A stretch of DNA of 64,000 bases, taken from NCBI GenBank assembly GCA_963677435.1, contig OY781945.1, positions 800,001-864,000 of the forward strand, in the 5' to 3' direction. The stretch comes from an uncultured Aliarcobacter sp. (lineage in GTDB: Bacteria > Campylobacterota > Campylobacteria > Campylobacterales > Arcobacteraceae). The translations under genes and the position numbers were made by a program. Shown here in pieces: positions 40,427-50,760 of the stretch. Position 1 is the first letter of the stretch, and every line of letters begins with the position of its first letter. The notes below the pieces were generated by a model, which did no database searches, was not told the origin of the DNA, and saw only the letters and a list, made by a program, of their open reading frames with translations.

Positions 40427-41245
40427 TTGCTTAATACAATTTCTTCGCAAGCTAGTAAATTAATTAATCTTACAAATAGAGTAAAAAAAAATTATTCAAA
40501 AACAAAACTTATAACAATAACTTCAGGTAAAGGTGGTGTTGGGAAATCAACTTTTACTGCAAATATGGCTTTTCTTCTTTCTCGGAGAGGATTTAATGTT
40601 GCAGTTTTAGATGCTGATATTGGTTTGGCAAATATGCAGGTTTTATTTGATATAAAACCTCAAAATACTCTTTTTGAGTATATTGATGGTACTAAAACAT
40701 TAGATGAAGTTATAACTCCAACAGGATATTCTAATATTCATTTAATTGCTGGTAGAAGTGGTTATCAATATAGCTCCACAACAAATAGTTTTGTTTTTTC
40801 AAGAATTGTTAAAGATATAATTGCATTAAATAGATTTGATGTTTTACTTATTGATACTGGTGCTGGATTAAATGAATATGTAAAAGAATTTTTATCAATT
40901 TCAGATAATATTTTAGCAATTACGACTACAGATCCTAGTGCTTTAACAGATGTTTATTCTTTGATGAAAATGCTTTCACTTGATAAAAACAAATTAATGT
41001 TGACTTTTAATCATACAAGAAATTATCAAATTGGTGAAACCATAGCTAATTCTTTAGTGAATTTAGGGAAAAAAAATAGGTTAAACAAAGATTTTATGGT
41101 AGAATATATAGGAAACGTTTCAACTTCTGCAAATATTTCTACCACAGGAAGACTTAGAAAACTATTTGCCAATGAATTTTCATCTGATGAAACAACAAAA
41201 CAATTGCAAGTGATTATCGATCAATTATTAAAAAACATTCATTAA
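40427..41245 (+). CDS. flhG: Flagellar number regulator FlhG (MinD-like ATPase)
   Basis: SGKGGVGKS, DADIGLAN, IDTGAG; follows flhF. Confidence 0.93.
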   Translation: MLNTISSQASKLINLTNRVKKNYSKTKLITITSGKGGVGKSTFTANMAFLLSRRGFNVAVLDADIGLANMQVLFDIKPQNTLFEYIDGTKTLDEVITPTGYSNIHLIAGRSGYQYSSTTNSFVFSRIVKDIIALNRFDVLLIDTGAGLNEYVKEFLSISDNILAITTTDPSALTDVYSLMKMLSLDKNKLMLTFNHTRNYQIGETIANSLVNLGKKNRLNKDFMVEYIGNVSTSANISTTGRLRKLFANEFSSDETTKQLQVIIDQLLKNIH

Positions 41246-41313
41246 GGTCTGTTATAGGTGTTAAAATTAAATTTAATTAATTCTATTTTTATTGTTGCAA
41301 AGAGTAGAGAATT

Positions 41314-41649
41314 ATGATTGTAGAAAGATTCTCTCAAACGGTAATAAATAGTGGAATATTTAGATTTTATATTGCAACTGGATTTTTTTCAACATTAATA
41401 TTTTTTACAATTAATGCAGAGTTATTTACTCCAATGGAGATGATTTTAGGTATAATTTTGATAACGATATGTTTAAAAGGTATTAGTAATATGATGCTCT
41501 CTTTAATTATCAGTCTGTTCAGTCTTGATAATAAAAGAAATGAATTTAATTTTAAATATAATGAAGAAAAAATTCAAGTTATGTTAAATGAGTTAACAGT
41601 AAAAGATGTGATTGATGCAAATAACAAAACTCAAAAAAAGACAAAATAA
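41314..41649 (+). CDS. Small 2-TM membrane protein (positional equivalent of FlgV)
   Basis: Two hydrophobic helices then a charged tail; directly after flhG. Confidence 0.55.
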   Translation: MIVERFSQTVINSGIFRFYIATGFFSTLIFFTINAELFTPMEMILGIILITICLKGISNMMLSLIISLFSLDNKRNEFNFKYNEEKIQVMLNELTVKDVIDANNKTQKKTK

Positions 41650-41659
41650 GAGGTAATTT

Positions 41660-41956
41660 ATGAATATATCTTCAATAACTGATTCAATTGGTTCTTTAAG
41701 TCTAAATACAAATAACAAAATTGATAAAAGTAATGATAAATCTTTTCAAAGTATGTTAAACAGTGCAATTTCTGATGTTAATAACCAACAAGTTGAGGGT
41801 TATAATGCTATGGAAGGAATTGCAACTGGAAAAGTTACTAATTTACAAGAAGCTGTTCAAAAGATTGAAGAGGCTGAATTATCTATGAAATTAGCGTTAG
41901 AAGTTAAAAATAAAGCTATAAGTGCATATAAAGAAATTATGAGAATGCAAATTTAG
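41660..41956 (+). CDS. fliE: Flagellar hook-basal body protein FliE
   Basis: SFQSML..AI..VN, AELSMKLALEVKNKAISAYKEIMRMQI. Confidence 0.96.
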   Translation: MNISSITDSIGSLSLNTNNKIDKSNDKSFQSMLNSAISDVNNQQVEGYNAMEGIATGKVTNLQEAVQKIEEAELSMKLALEVKNKAISAYKEIMRMQI

Positions 41957-41970
41957 TAAAAGGAGTAGTT

Positions 41971-42432
41971 ATGGGTTTTTTCGATGGTTATAATGTTGCA
42001 ACATCAGGTATGAGTGCGCAAAGAACAAGAATTAATGTTGTAAGTGCAAATATAGCAAATGCAAAAACTACTCATACTTTAGAGGGTGGTCCTTATAAAA
42101 AACAACAAGTTGTATTTCAAGATGTTCTTTTAGCTAATAGTAATAAAACAAATTCAAATGATGTTGAAACTACAAATAATAAAAATTCTGATATAGCATT
42201 AAGAGGTGTAGGTGTTAAATCAATTGTCCAATCTGATGCAAAACCTGTAATGAGGTATGAACCTGCTCATCCTGATGCTAATGCAGATGGATATGTAGCA
42301 TATCCAGATATTAATCCAGTTGTTGAAATGGTAGATTTAATAGAAGCAACGAGATCGTATGAAGCAAATGTAGCTTCATTTAATACTCATAAAAATATTG
42401 ACTCTAAAACTTTAGAAATATTAAATGCATAA
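41971..42432 (+). CDS. flgC: Flagellar basal-body rod protein FlgC
   Basis: SGMSAQRTR..ANIANA, YEPAHPDANADGYVAYPDINPVVEM. Confidence 0.97.
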   Translation: MGFFDGYNVATSGMSAQRTRINVVSANIANAKTTHTLEGGPYKKQQVVFQDVLLANSNKTNSNDVETTNNKNSDIALRGVGVKSIVQSDAKPVMRYEPAHPDANADGYVAYPDINPVVEMVDLIEATRSYEANVASFNTHKNIDSKTLEILNA

Positions 42433-42437
42433 TTAAA

Positions 42438-44489
42438 ATGTCAAATATTATAGATAACTTACTACCAACTGAAAAAGCTATAAAGACAAATAGCCCTTTA
42501 ACATCAGATCAATCAGTAAAAGATAAACCTTCTTTGTTTGATTCTTTATTGTCAAATATTTTTCCAAAAGATGGGCCTGCAGTTGATCCTCAAAATTCTT
42601 CAGAAAAAGAAATAAAAAAAGAAAAATCTTTAAATACTATTCTTGATACAAAAACAAATGAAGATCTACAATTATTAGATGATGAGACAGTATCCCTTAT
42701 CAAAGAACAAAAGATTACTTCACCTTCATTATTAGATAGATTAATAATAGAAGCAAAGAAAAGTACAAAACAATTAGAAAATAATAATCTTGAAAATGAA
42801 GATGCTACTTTACAAAAAAATAATGAAACAAAAGCTATTACTGATAGTACAATAGAAAAAAATATTGAGATAAAAAATATAGATTCAACAGAGAACATAA
42901 AAAATGTAACAACTAAAGATGTAGATAATACCTTATTAAATAGTTTGAATGAGAATACTCAAGATTCATTAAAATTACTTAATAATGATACAAAAATTGA
43001 ACTTAAGGAAAATATTGTAAATGAAACTTCAGCAAAAGTTGAATCAACTATTCCAAATGTTACACTATCAGAAGATAAAACTATAAAAAAAGATTTATTA
43101 GATAATATCCTTCCTAACACTGACCTAGATTCAACTAAGTTAATTGAAGTAAAAAATAATGATAAAGATATTAAGAATGAAATTTTAGATGATTCCTTGA
43201 AGAATAAAATAAATAATCCTGATATAAAATTAGATAATAATGAATCAAAAGTAATAATTACTGAACAAAAAAAATCTTTAACAGATAAAATTATTGATAA
43301 TAATATCGAAATAAATAAGAATCTAAATAAAAGTGCTGATAATTTAGTATTAGGAAATAATACATCAGAAAATGATAATTTAACTATTGGAAAAGAACCT
43401 TTAAGCAGTACAGTATTGTTAAGTAAGAATTTAAAAAATAGTGATTCTTTAATAGAAGATAATATCAGCACTTCGATAGAGATTAAAAATAGTGATAAAC
43501 AAAAAAATGAAACAGAAATAGTTAGTACTAAGAAAAATGAAAAAATGTCTTTAATGGATCAATTGATTCAAAAGAATGATACAAATCTTACTTTAAGTAT
43601 TGCAAGTGATATTAATCCATCTAAACAAGAAATTGTTGGTAAAGACTTTATATCAAGTTTATATTTAGGTTCACAAAAAAATAAAATTAATAATCAAACA
43701 TTATTTAATAAAAATGAAGCATTGACTCTTTTAAAAGAAGGTACTTCAATTGATGCTGTTAAAACTAGTGCTGAAATGTTAGATTTAGGCTTAGAAAGTA
43801 TAGATCTTGATAATAATATTGAGATTGAAAAAGTTGAAGTAAAAAATGTTAATTTAAAAATTGAAAATAAAAAAGATTTTATTGATAATATTCTTTTAGA
43901 TAAAAATATCAAAAGTGATGATATAAAAGGTTTAATTACGAAATCAGTTGATGCAAGTAATGCTTTGATAGAAGATACAATACATTTAGCAGATGATTCA
44001 GTAGTTAGTGTAAATTCTCCATTGTCATTTAATATTCAGTCAAAAATAATAGGTGCGAGACAACAAATGTCTACTATGATGTCTGATATTGCAAAACAGA
44101 TGTATGAAAACTATAAGCCACCAGTTACCGCTTTTAGAATAAATTTACATCCTACAACATTAGGTTCAATTGCTATTTTAATGAAAAGTGACAAAAATAA
44201 TGGATTATCAATAAGTATGAATGTTTCAAATCATTCAACATTGGATGCATTAGTAGAAAATCAAAATGTGTTAAAAAATTCATTAGGTAAGACATTTAAT
44301 GAAAATACACAATTTAATTTAGATTTTAGTTCATCAAATCAAAATAGTAATAATCAATCATCATCTAATAATCAAAGTGCTCAAGGACAAAGTGGAAGAA
44401 GGATTGAACCTCAAATGGACACTCAATCTATTTTACAACTAAAAGAAGAGAATAAAGATAGAGAAGAAAAAAGTATAGATTATATGTAA
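42438..44489 (+). CDS. fliK: Flagellar hook-length control protein FliK
   Basis: Long low-complexity N-terminus; C-terminal RINLHPTTLGSIAI T3S4 domain and Q/N-rich tail. Confidence 0.85.
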   Translation: MSNIIDNLLPTEKAIKTNSPLTSDQSVKDKPSLFDSLLSNIFPKDGPAVDPQNSSEKEIKKEKSLNTILDTKTNEDLQLLDDETVSLIKEQKITSPSLLDRLIIEAKKSTKQLENNNLENEDATLQKNNETKAITDSTIEKNIEIKNIDSTENIKNVTTKDVDNTLLNSLNENTQDSLKLLNNDTKIELKENIVNETSAKVESTIPNVTLSEDKTIKKDLLDNILPNTDLDSTKLIEVKNNDKDIKNEILDDSLKNKINNPDIKLDNNESKVIITEQKKSLTDKIIDNNIEINKNLNKSADNLVLGNNTSENDNLTIGKEPLSSTVLLSKNLKNSDSLIEDNISTSIEIKNSDKQKNETEIVSTKKNEKMSLMDQLIQKNDTNLTLSIASDINPSKQEIVGKDFISSLYLGSQKNKINNQTLFNKNEALTLLKEGTSIDAVKTSAEMLDLGLESIDLDNNIEIEKVEVKNVNLKIENKKDFIDNILLDKNIKSDDIKGLITKSVDASNALIEDTIHLADDSVVSVNSPLSFNIQSKIIGARQQMSTMMSDIAKQMYENYKPPVTAFRINLHPTTLGSIAILMKSDKNNGLSISMNVSNHSTLDALVENQNVLKNSLGKTFNENTQFNLDFSSSNQNSNNQSSSNNQSAQGQSGRRIEPQMDTQSILQLKEENKDREEKSIDYM

Positions 44490-45238
44490 TGGAAGCATTT
44501 TTATCTTTACTTAATGAAGATATTTTATATCAATTTCTTCTTCTATTTGCTAGAATATTATCTTTTGTTGCATTCATGCCAGTTTTTGGACATACTGCAA
44601 TTGGACCAACTGTAAGAATAGCCTTTGCTTTTTATTTAACAATTTTTATTTTTCCTTTGGTTGATATTACATCTGATGTTAATCCAGATAATTTTATTAT
44701 GAGTTTAATATCAGAAATAACATTAGGACTTGTAGCTGCTATGTTAGTTAATATTATTTTCTCAGCAGTTAGAATAATTGGAGAGTTTGTAGAATATTCA
44801 ACAGGGTTATCAATGGCTTCAATGTTTGATCCAACAACTGGTGGACAAGAGGGAATAGTTGCAAAGTTACTCTTTTGGATTGCTTTGATGTTATTTTTCC
44901 AAACAGGAATGTACGAAATGACACTAGTTATTTTAGTAAAAAGTTTTTCTATGATTCATTTGGGAAGTTTTAATATTTTTTCATATGATGGAGTTCAACT
45001 AGCTATTGATGAGATAAAAAGAATGTTTGCTTTTGCTTTTGCTTTTGCATTACCTCTATTTTTTGTTGGTTTTATTTTAGATATTTATTTCGGTTACGGA
45101 ACAAAATCTATGCCATCATTTTCACCATTTGTAGTAACATTCCAATTCAAATTTGCATTGATTTTTATTTTTTTAATATTAAGTATGGAAACATTTACAA
45201 CTGCATTTGTAGACTATTTTATTTCAAAATTTCAATAA
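44489..45238 (+). CDS. fliR: Flagellar export protein FliR
   Basis: LLFARI...PVFG, GLSMASMFDP, highly hydrophobic. Confidence 0.94.
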   Translation: MEAFLSLLNEDILYQFLLLFARILSFVAFMPVFGHTAIGPTVRIAFAFYLTIFIFPLVDITSDVNPDNFIMSLISEITLGLVAAMLVNIIFSAVRIIGEFVEYSTGLSMASMFDPTTGGQEGIVAKLLFWIALMLFFQTGMYEMTLVILVKSFSMIHLGSFNIFSYDGVQLAIDEIKRMFAFAFAFALPLFFVGFILDIYFGYGTKSMPSFSPFVVTFQFKFALIFIFLILSMETFTTAFVDYFISKFQ

Positions 45239-45252
45239 TTTAAGGTTTTTAT

Positions 45253-46299
45253 ATGGCTGATGATGACAAAACAGAAGAACCCACCAGTAAAAAAATTGAT
45301 GATGCCAAGGCAGAAGGAAATGTTTCAAAATCAGCAGAAGTTTCAGGAGCTACTGTATTAACTCTTGGAACGATGTATCTTTTGTTTTTTTCTTCATACT
45401 CTCTAATTGAAATAAAAAAAATGATGATATTTTCATATGGTTTTATTGGGCAAGAATTAGATAGTGCATTATATTATTCTATTACATTTCAATTAGTTAT
45501 GACACTTTTAAAAGCTTTAGCACCTTTATTTATTTTAGTAGTACTTTTAGTACTAGTAAGCAATATTGCTCAATTTGGATTTGTTACTATTCCTCTTAGT
45601 TTTAAATTAGAGAAATTAGATCCAATTAAAGGGTTAAAAAACATATTTGGATTTAAAAAGATTATTGAAGCATTAAAATTATTAGCAAAATTATTATTGA
45701 TAACTATAGTTATGCTTCTTATTTTCTCTTTAACTTATCAAAGTTTCTTAATGATGATGAGTCAAGACACACAAGATACAATAGCAACAATGTTTCAATT
45801 AGCTGTATATTTCCTTTGTGCGATTCTTTTTATTATTATTATTTTTGCTATAATAGATTTTTATTTTACTAGACATTATTATATGAAGTCTTTGATGATG
45901 AGTAAACAAGAAATTAAAGATGAATTTAAAAATATGGAGGGAGATCCTCAAGTAAAAGGTAGAATTAGAAGAATTCAAATGCAAATGGCACAAAAACGAA
46001 TGATGAGTTCAGTTCCTGAAGCGGATGTTGTTATTACAAATCCAACACACTATTCAGTAGCATTGAAGTATGATAATAAAGTAGATTCTGCACCAAAAAT
46101 TATAGCAAAAGGTATAGATTTTCTTGCAATTAAGATAAGAGATATTGCAAAAGAGAATAAAATACCAATTATAGAGAATCCAGCACTTGCAAGATCTTTA
46201 TATGATCAAATAGATATAGACAGAGAAATACCAAATGAATTTTATAAAGCTATGGCTGAAATATTTTCATATGTATATGAATTAAAAAATAAAAGGTAA
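45253..46299 (+). CDS. flhB: Flagellar export switch protein FlhB
   Basis: KTEEPT, MSKQEIKDE.K..EGDP, autocleavage motif NPTH. Confidence 0.98.
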   Translation: MADDDKTEEPTSKKIDDAKAEGNVSKSAEVSGATVLTLGTMYLLFFSSYSLIEIKKMMIFSYGFIGQELDSALYYSITFQLVMTLLKALAPLFILVVLLVLVSNIAQFGFVTIPLSFKLEKLDPIKGLKNIFGFKKIIEALKLLAKLLLITIVMLLIFSLTYQSFLMMMSQDTQDTIATMFQLAVYFLCAILFIIIIFAIIDFYFTRHYYMKSLMMSKQEIKDEFKNMEGDPQVKGRIRRIQMQMAQKRMMSSVPEADVVITNPTHYSVALKYDNKVDSAPKIIAKGIDFLAIKIRDIAKENKIPIIENPALARSLYDQIDIDREIPNEFYKAMAEIFSYVYELKNKR

Positions 46300-46302
46300 A
46301 AA

Positions 46303-48297
46303 TTGAGATTATTAATAATTATATTTTTAGTATTAAATGTATCATATGCAAAAAAAGATTTTTATTATGGTTTTATTGACTCCTCAGGTGTACAAATCTC
46401 AGAGCAAAGAAAACAATCAATAAATGATGGTTTTGATATTTTACAAAATGCAAGAACTTTAGCTCGTGATGGAAAAATAGATGATGCTTATGAACAAGTT
46501 AAAAATTTTAAAGACAAGAATAAAATCAATATATTAGTTTCCGATACAATACTTTTATATGCCGAATTAGCTTTAAAAAAACAATCTAAAAGATTAATTT
46601 TAGAGGCATCTAGTGAATTAGAAGTAGCAATTAATTCTTCTAAAATCAATCAGTATGATTTAGCAAAAGCTTATATGATTTTGGTTGAATTAAAACTTGA
46701 AATAAACAAAATTGAAGATGCAAAATATTTTGCACAAATAATAATTGATAATTTTGATGATGAATTAACAAAAACTTATGGAAAAATTTCTATGGCAAAG
46801 GTTTATAAATATCAAAAAGATTATGCAAAAGCTATAAAATATTTATATGAAATATTAACAGTAACAAAGGATAAAACGGTTGCTACTGTTGTTGCAGATG
46901 AACTATTTGATGTTTATATTTTAGATGAAAAATATGATAAAGCAAATGAATTAATAACTCAAGTTTTAAAAACAAATATTGATTTTTATGCTAATGATTC
47001 ATATTTAGCAAATAAAAAGATTAATCGATTAATAAAAGCTGGTATGCCAGAACATGCAGCTGAGATATTAAATGAACTCTTAAAAAGAACTACAAAAGAA
47101 GAATCTATTGAAGATTTTAAATTTAAATTAGCAAATACATATATGCTTATGTATGATAAAACAAACTATTATTTAGAAAAAGCAAAAGATTTATATAAAG
47201 ATATAATAAATGATTTTTCTCAGGGTATTCATTCAAAAGATTCTAAAATGTATATTGATGAAATTTTAATGAGACAAGGATTTATAAATCCTACTGTTAT
47301 CTCTGCTAAGTATCCAGAAGTTGAAGCAATGCAACAAAAAGCTCTTTTACAAGAACTTTTAAATAATATGAATGATAAAAAATATGAACTTATATTAAAA
47401 GCTGAAAAAGTTTATAATAAAATTTCTAATGAAATTGTAAAAAGATTTGGTTATCCAAGTATTATTGATATTTATGATGAGGTAAATATTCAGATAATTA
47501 AAGATTATTTGGCTCAAGGTAAATGCAGTGAATTAAAAGATATTTTAAAAACTTCTAGAAATGAAACTTTAGTTAAATTAATTGAAGATGAAACGATCAA
47601 ATACTCTTTTTTTGAGTGTTTAATAGAATCTCCATATGAAAAAGCTTATCTTCAAATAAAAGATACTTTTGATAAAACAAGAGATGCAAATATTTATTTG
47701 TATTTAGAACGAATGGCTTTTAGTTTAGAATCAATAGATGAAGCTTTAGATTTTTCTGCAAAAATTGATATGGTTGATGATACTACTGTATTAGCTAAAG
47801 AGTTTCTATATAGATATCAAATAATAAAACAAAAAGATGATAATATTTCTATGGATAAATTTTTTGCTTATACAGATATTCATCGTGATTTTATCAAAGT
47901 AAATGAAAATAACCCAGTAATCATAGATTTTTATTATGATTATTATTTTAATTTATTAAAAAATAATGATAAAAAGTTTGCAAATGAGATATTGAATAAA
48001 TTATATAATAAACAAAAAGAATTAAAAGTTTTTATTTACTCTCCGTTTGTTGAAACTGAGCTTGCAAGAATTGCAAAAGAATCAAATGAAAATCAGAAAT
48101 CAGTAAATTTATTACTCGAAGCATTACAAGATACAAGAAAAATAAAACCTAATGATGAAGTAAAAATATATTATGATATTTTAAACTTATATGATACTAT
48201 AGGTAATAAAAGTAAAAAAGATGAATATATTTTAAAATGTAAAGAAGTAAAAGATAGTGTTGATAGTTTATATAAAAAGATGTGCGATGAGATGTAA
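46303..48297 (+). CDS. pflA: PflA-like periplasmic TPR motor accessory protein
   Basis: Signal peptide (VSYA|KK), all-helical TPR repeats, C-terminal Cys pair (LKC...KKMC) as recalled for PflA. Confidence 0.6.
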   Translation: MRLLIIIFLVLNVSYAKKDFYYGFIDSSGVQISEQRKQSINDGFDILQNARTLARDGKIDDAYEQVKNFKDKNKINILVSDTILLYAELALKKQSKRLILEASSELEVAINSSKINQYDLAKAYMILVELKLEINKIEDAKYFAQIIIDNFDDELTKTYGKISMAKVYKYQKDYAKAIKYLYEILTVTKDKTVATVVADELFDVYILDEKYDKANELITQVLKTNIDFYANDSYLANKKINRLIKAGMPEHAAEILNELLKRTTKEESIEDFKFKLANTYMLMYDKTNYYLEKAKDLYKDIINDFSQGIHSKDSKMYIDEILMRQGFINPTVISAKYPEVEAMQQKALLQELLNNMNDKKYELILKAEKVYNKISNEIVKRFGYPSIIDIYDEVNIQIIKDYLAQGKCSELKDILKTSRNETLVKLIEDETIKYSFFECLIESPYEKAYLQIKDTFDKTRDANIYLYLERMAFSLESIDEALDFSAKIDMVDDTTVLAKEFLYRYQIIKQKDDNISMDKFFAYTDIHRDFIKVNENNPVIIDFYYDYYFNLLKNNDKKFANEILNKLYNKQKELKVFIYSPFVETELARIAKESNENQKSVNLLLEALQDTRKIKPNDEVKIYYDILNLYDTIGNKSKKDEYILKCKEVKDSVDSLYKKMCDEM

Positions 48298-49601
48298 TGA
48301 ATATTGAAGATATATTAAGTAGGATTGACTCAACTAATCTATCTATTCCTTTTGGAAGAATTATAAATATTTCATCTACAACTTTAACAGCAACAGGTTT
48401 AGAAGTTGCCGTTGGAGATATAGTAAAAATAGAATCAGTTTTAAATCTGGGCACTGTTTTGGGAATGGTTGCTTCAATTGATAATATATCATTTACAATT
48501 GTACCTTTTTCTTTTATTGATGGATTTAAAATTCATGATAAAGTTTACATTCAAAAAGATGGATTAACAGTTAAATGTGGTTATGGTTTATTAGGTAGAG
48601 TTATAAATGCTTTAGGTGAACCAATTGATAATTTAGGAAAAATTACTAATTTAGAAGAAAATGCACCAATAAATAAACTTTCAATGCCTCCCCTTGAAAG
48701 AGGAATAATTGAACAAAAGTTTGCAACTGGTGTTAAAGCCATTGACTCAATGTTAACAAGTGGTAAAGGGCAAAAAGTTGGTATATTCGCAGGTTCAGGA
48801 GTAGGAAAATCTACTCTTATGGGAATGATTGTAAAAGGCTGTGAAGCGCAGATAAAAGTTGTTGCATTAATTGGTGAGAGGGGACGGGAAATTCCTGAAT
48901 TTATTCATTATAATCTAGATAATAATTTAGAAAATACTGTAATTGTTGCAGCAACTTCTGATGAATCTGCATTAATGAGAAAATATGGAGCATTTACAGC
49001 TATGGCAATTGCCGAGTTTTTTAGAGATAAAGGGCATGATGTTTTATTAATGATGGATTCAGTTACAAGATTTGCAATGGCTCAAAGGGAAATAGGTTTA
49101 AGTACAGGAGAGCCACCTGTAAGTCGTGGATATCCACCTTCTGTATTTGCATTACTTCCTCAATTAATGGAGAGAGCTGGAAATAATAAAAAAGGTTCAA
49201 TCACTGCATTTTTTACAGTTTTGGTTGATGGAGATGATATGAACGATCCAATTGCAGATCAAAGTAGATCTATCCTTGATGGTCATATTGTTTTAACAAG
49301 AGAATTAACAGAACAAGGTTTTTATCCGCCAATAAATTTATTAAAATCTGCTTCAAGGGTTATGGATAAGGTTGTTACAAAAGAACACTATAATGATTTT
49401 TTAAAGTTAAAAAGAGTATTATCATTAATAAAAGAGAATGAAGTGTTGGTTAGAGTTGGAGCTTATAAAACTGGAATGGATCCAGAACTTGACAATGCAA
49501 TGTCAAAGAAAGAACAAATAAGAGAATTTCTAACTCAAGATACTCAGAAAGTCTTTGAATTTGATGAGATAGTAACAATGTTTAGAAAGGTTTTACAATG
49601 A
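48297..49601 (+). CDS. fliI: Flagellum-specific ATPase FliI
   Basis: GIFAGSGVGKST, IGERGRE, MDSVTRFAMAQRE. Confidence 0.97.
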   Translation: MNIEDILSRIDSTNLSIPFGRIINISSTTLTATGLEVAVGDIVKIESVLNLGTVLGMVASIDNISFTIVPFSFIDGFKIHDKVYIQKDGLTVKCGYGLLGRVINALGEPIDNLGKITNLEENAPINKLSMPPLERGIIEQKFATGVKAIDSMLTSGKGQKVGIFAGSGVGKSTLMGMIVKGCEAQIKVVALIGERGREIPEFIHYNLDNNLENTVIVAATSDESALMRKYGAFTAMAIAEFFRDKGHDVLLMMDSVTRFAMAQREIGLSTGEPPVSRGYPPSVFALLPQLMERAGNNKKGSITAFFTVLVDGDDMNDPIADQSRSILDGHIVLTRELTEQGFYPPINLLKSASRVMDKVVTKEHYNDFLKLKRVLSLIKENEVLVRVGAYKTGMDPELDNAMSKKEQIREFLTQDTQKVFEFDEIVTMFRKVLQ

Positions 49602-50740
49602 TTAATCAAACAGATCAACTGCTTTATAGGTTGAGTAATTTAGATATTCAACAACAAAAAAATAATTATCAAATGAGTACACAAAAAGAGCTTCAAGAAG
49701 GGAGTGATGATTCAACTTTATATTCTAGATTAATCTCTGTTGATGAGAAAATAAGAACTTATGAAGGTATTCAAACTCAAATTCAAAAAACTACAGTTCA
49801 GAATAATACAGCTGATTCTAGTATGGCGCAGATAAAGAAGATATTAGAAAATGCTAAATCTGAATTAGTTAAAGCAAACACCGCAACAACAACAACAGAT
49901 GGAATTGCTGGAATTAGTGCAAATCTTTCTGGAATAAAAGAAAATCTGTATCAGTTTGCAAATACACAAGTTGAAGGTCAATATGTATTCGCAGGTTCAA
50001 ATTCATCTGTTCAACCATTTGAAAAAGATGCTAATGGTAAAATTTCATATGTTGGAAATAATCAACTAAGAAAGGTAGCTGTTGCTGAAGGTTCATATAG
50101 AGAAGAAGGTATAAGTGGAGTTGATATGATGATGTATCCAACCGCTAATGCTTATAAAGGTGAAAATTTAAATTTTAGTGCTTCAGATAGAATTTTTGAT
50201 CAAGACGGTAGTGAATGGAAATTAAATTCTCCTACAAATGATACATTAACAAAATATGATTTAGATGGGAATATTACAAGTGAAACAATAACTCCTATTT
50301 CAAATGATGGATTAATTCCTGCAACATACACTGCAACATTACCTTCAGCTGATGGTATAAAATTTGAAGCAAAAACAAATATTTTTGATTTAATAGATAA
50401 TACAATCAATGCATTAAATAAAGTTGATAGTGTTGGTAATCCTATTACAGATGAAGAGTCAAAATCATTAATAGTAAAAAATGCTGGAGAATTAGATAAA
50501 GCTTACGATGGAGTTAATATTGCTCATGCACAACTTGGAGGAAGAAATAAGTTATTTGAAAATGCTCTTGACAATGTTTCTTCTAAATTAACACAATATA
50601 AGATTTTATCTCAAAATATTGGAGCTGCTGATACTACAAAAGTTGCATTAGAAGCTAAATCTTTAGAGTTAACATATACAGCACTTTATTCAACAATTAG
50701 CAAAACAAATGAGTTGTCGCTAGTTAATTTTTTAAAATAA
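49598..50740 (+). CDS. flgL: Flagellar hook-associated protein 3 FlgL
   Basis: Flagellin-like termini; ANTQVEGQYVFAG; C-terminal LSLVNFLK. Confidence 0.88.
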   Translation: MINQTDQLLYRLSNLDIQQQKNNYQMSTQKELQEGSDDSTLYSRLISVDEKIRTYEGIQTQIQKTTVQNNTADSSMAQIKKILENAKSELVKANTATTTTDGIAGISANLSGIKENLYQFANTQVEGQYVFAGSNSSVQPFEKDANGKISYVGNNQLRKVAVAEGSYREEGISGVDMMMYPTANAYKGENLNFSASDRIFDQDGSEWKLNSPTNDTLTKYDLDGNITSETITPISNDGLIPATYTATLPSADGIKFEAKTNIFDLIDNTINALNKVDSVGNPITDEESKSLIVKNAGELDKAYDGVNIAHAQLGGRNKLFENALDNVSSKLTQYKILSQNIGAADTTKVALEAKSLELTYTALYSTISKTNELSLVNFLK

Positions 50741-50760
50741 CTAGTTAATATAATTAATAA

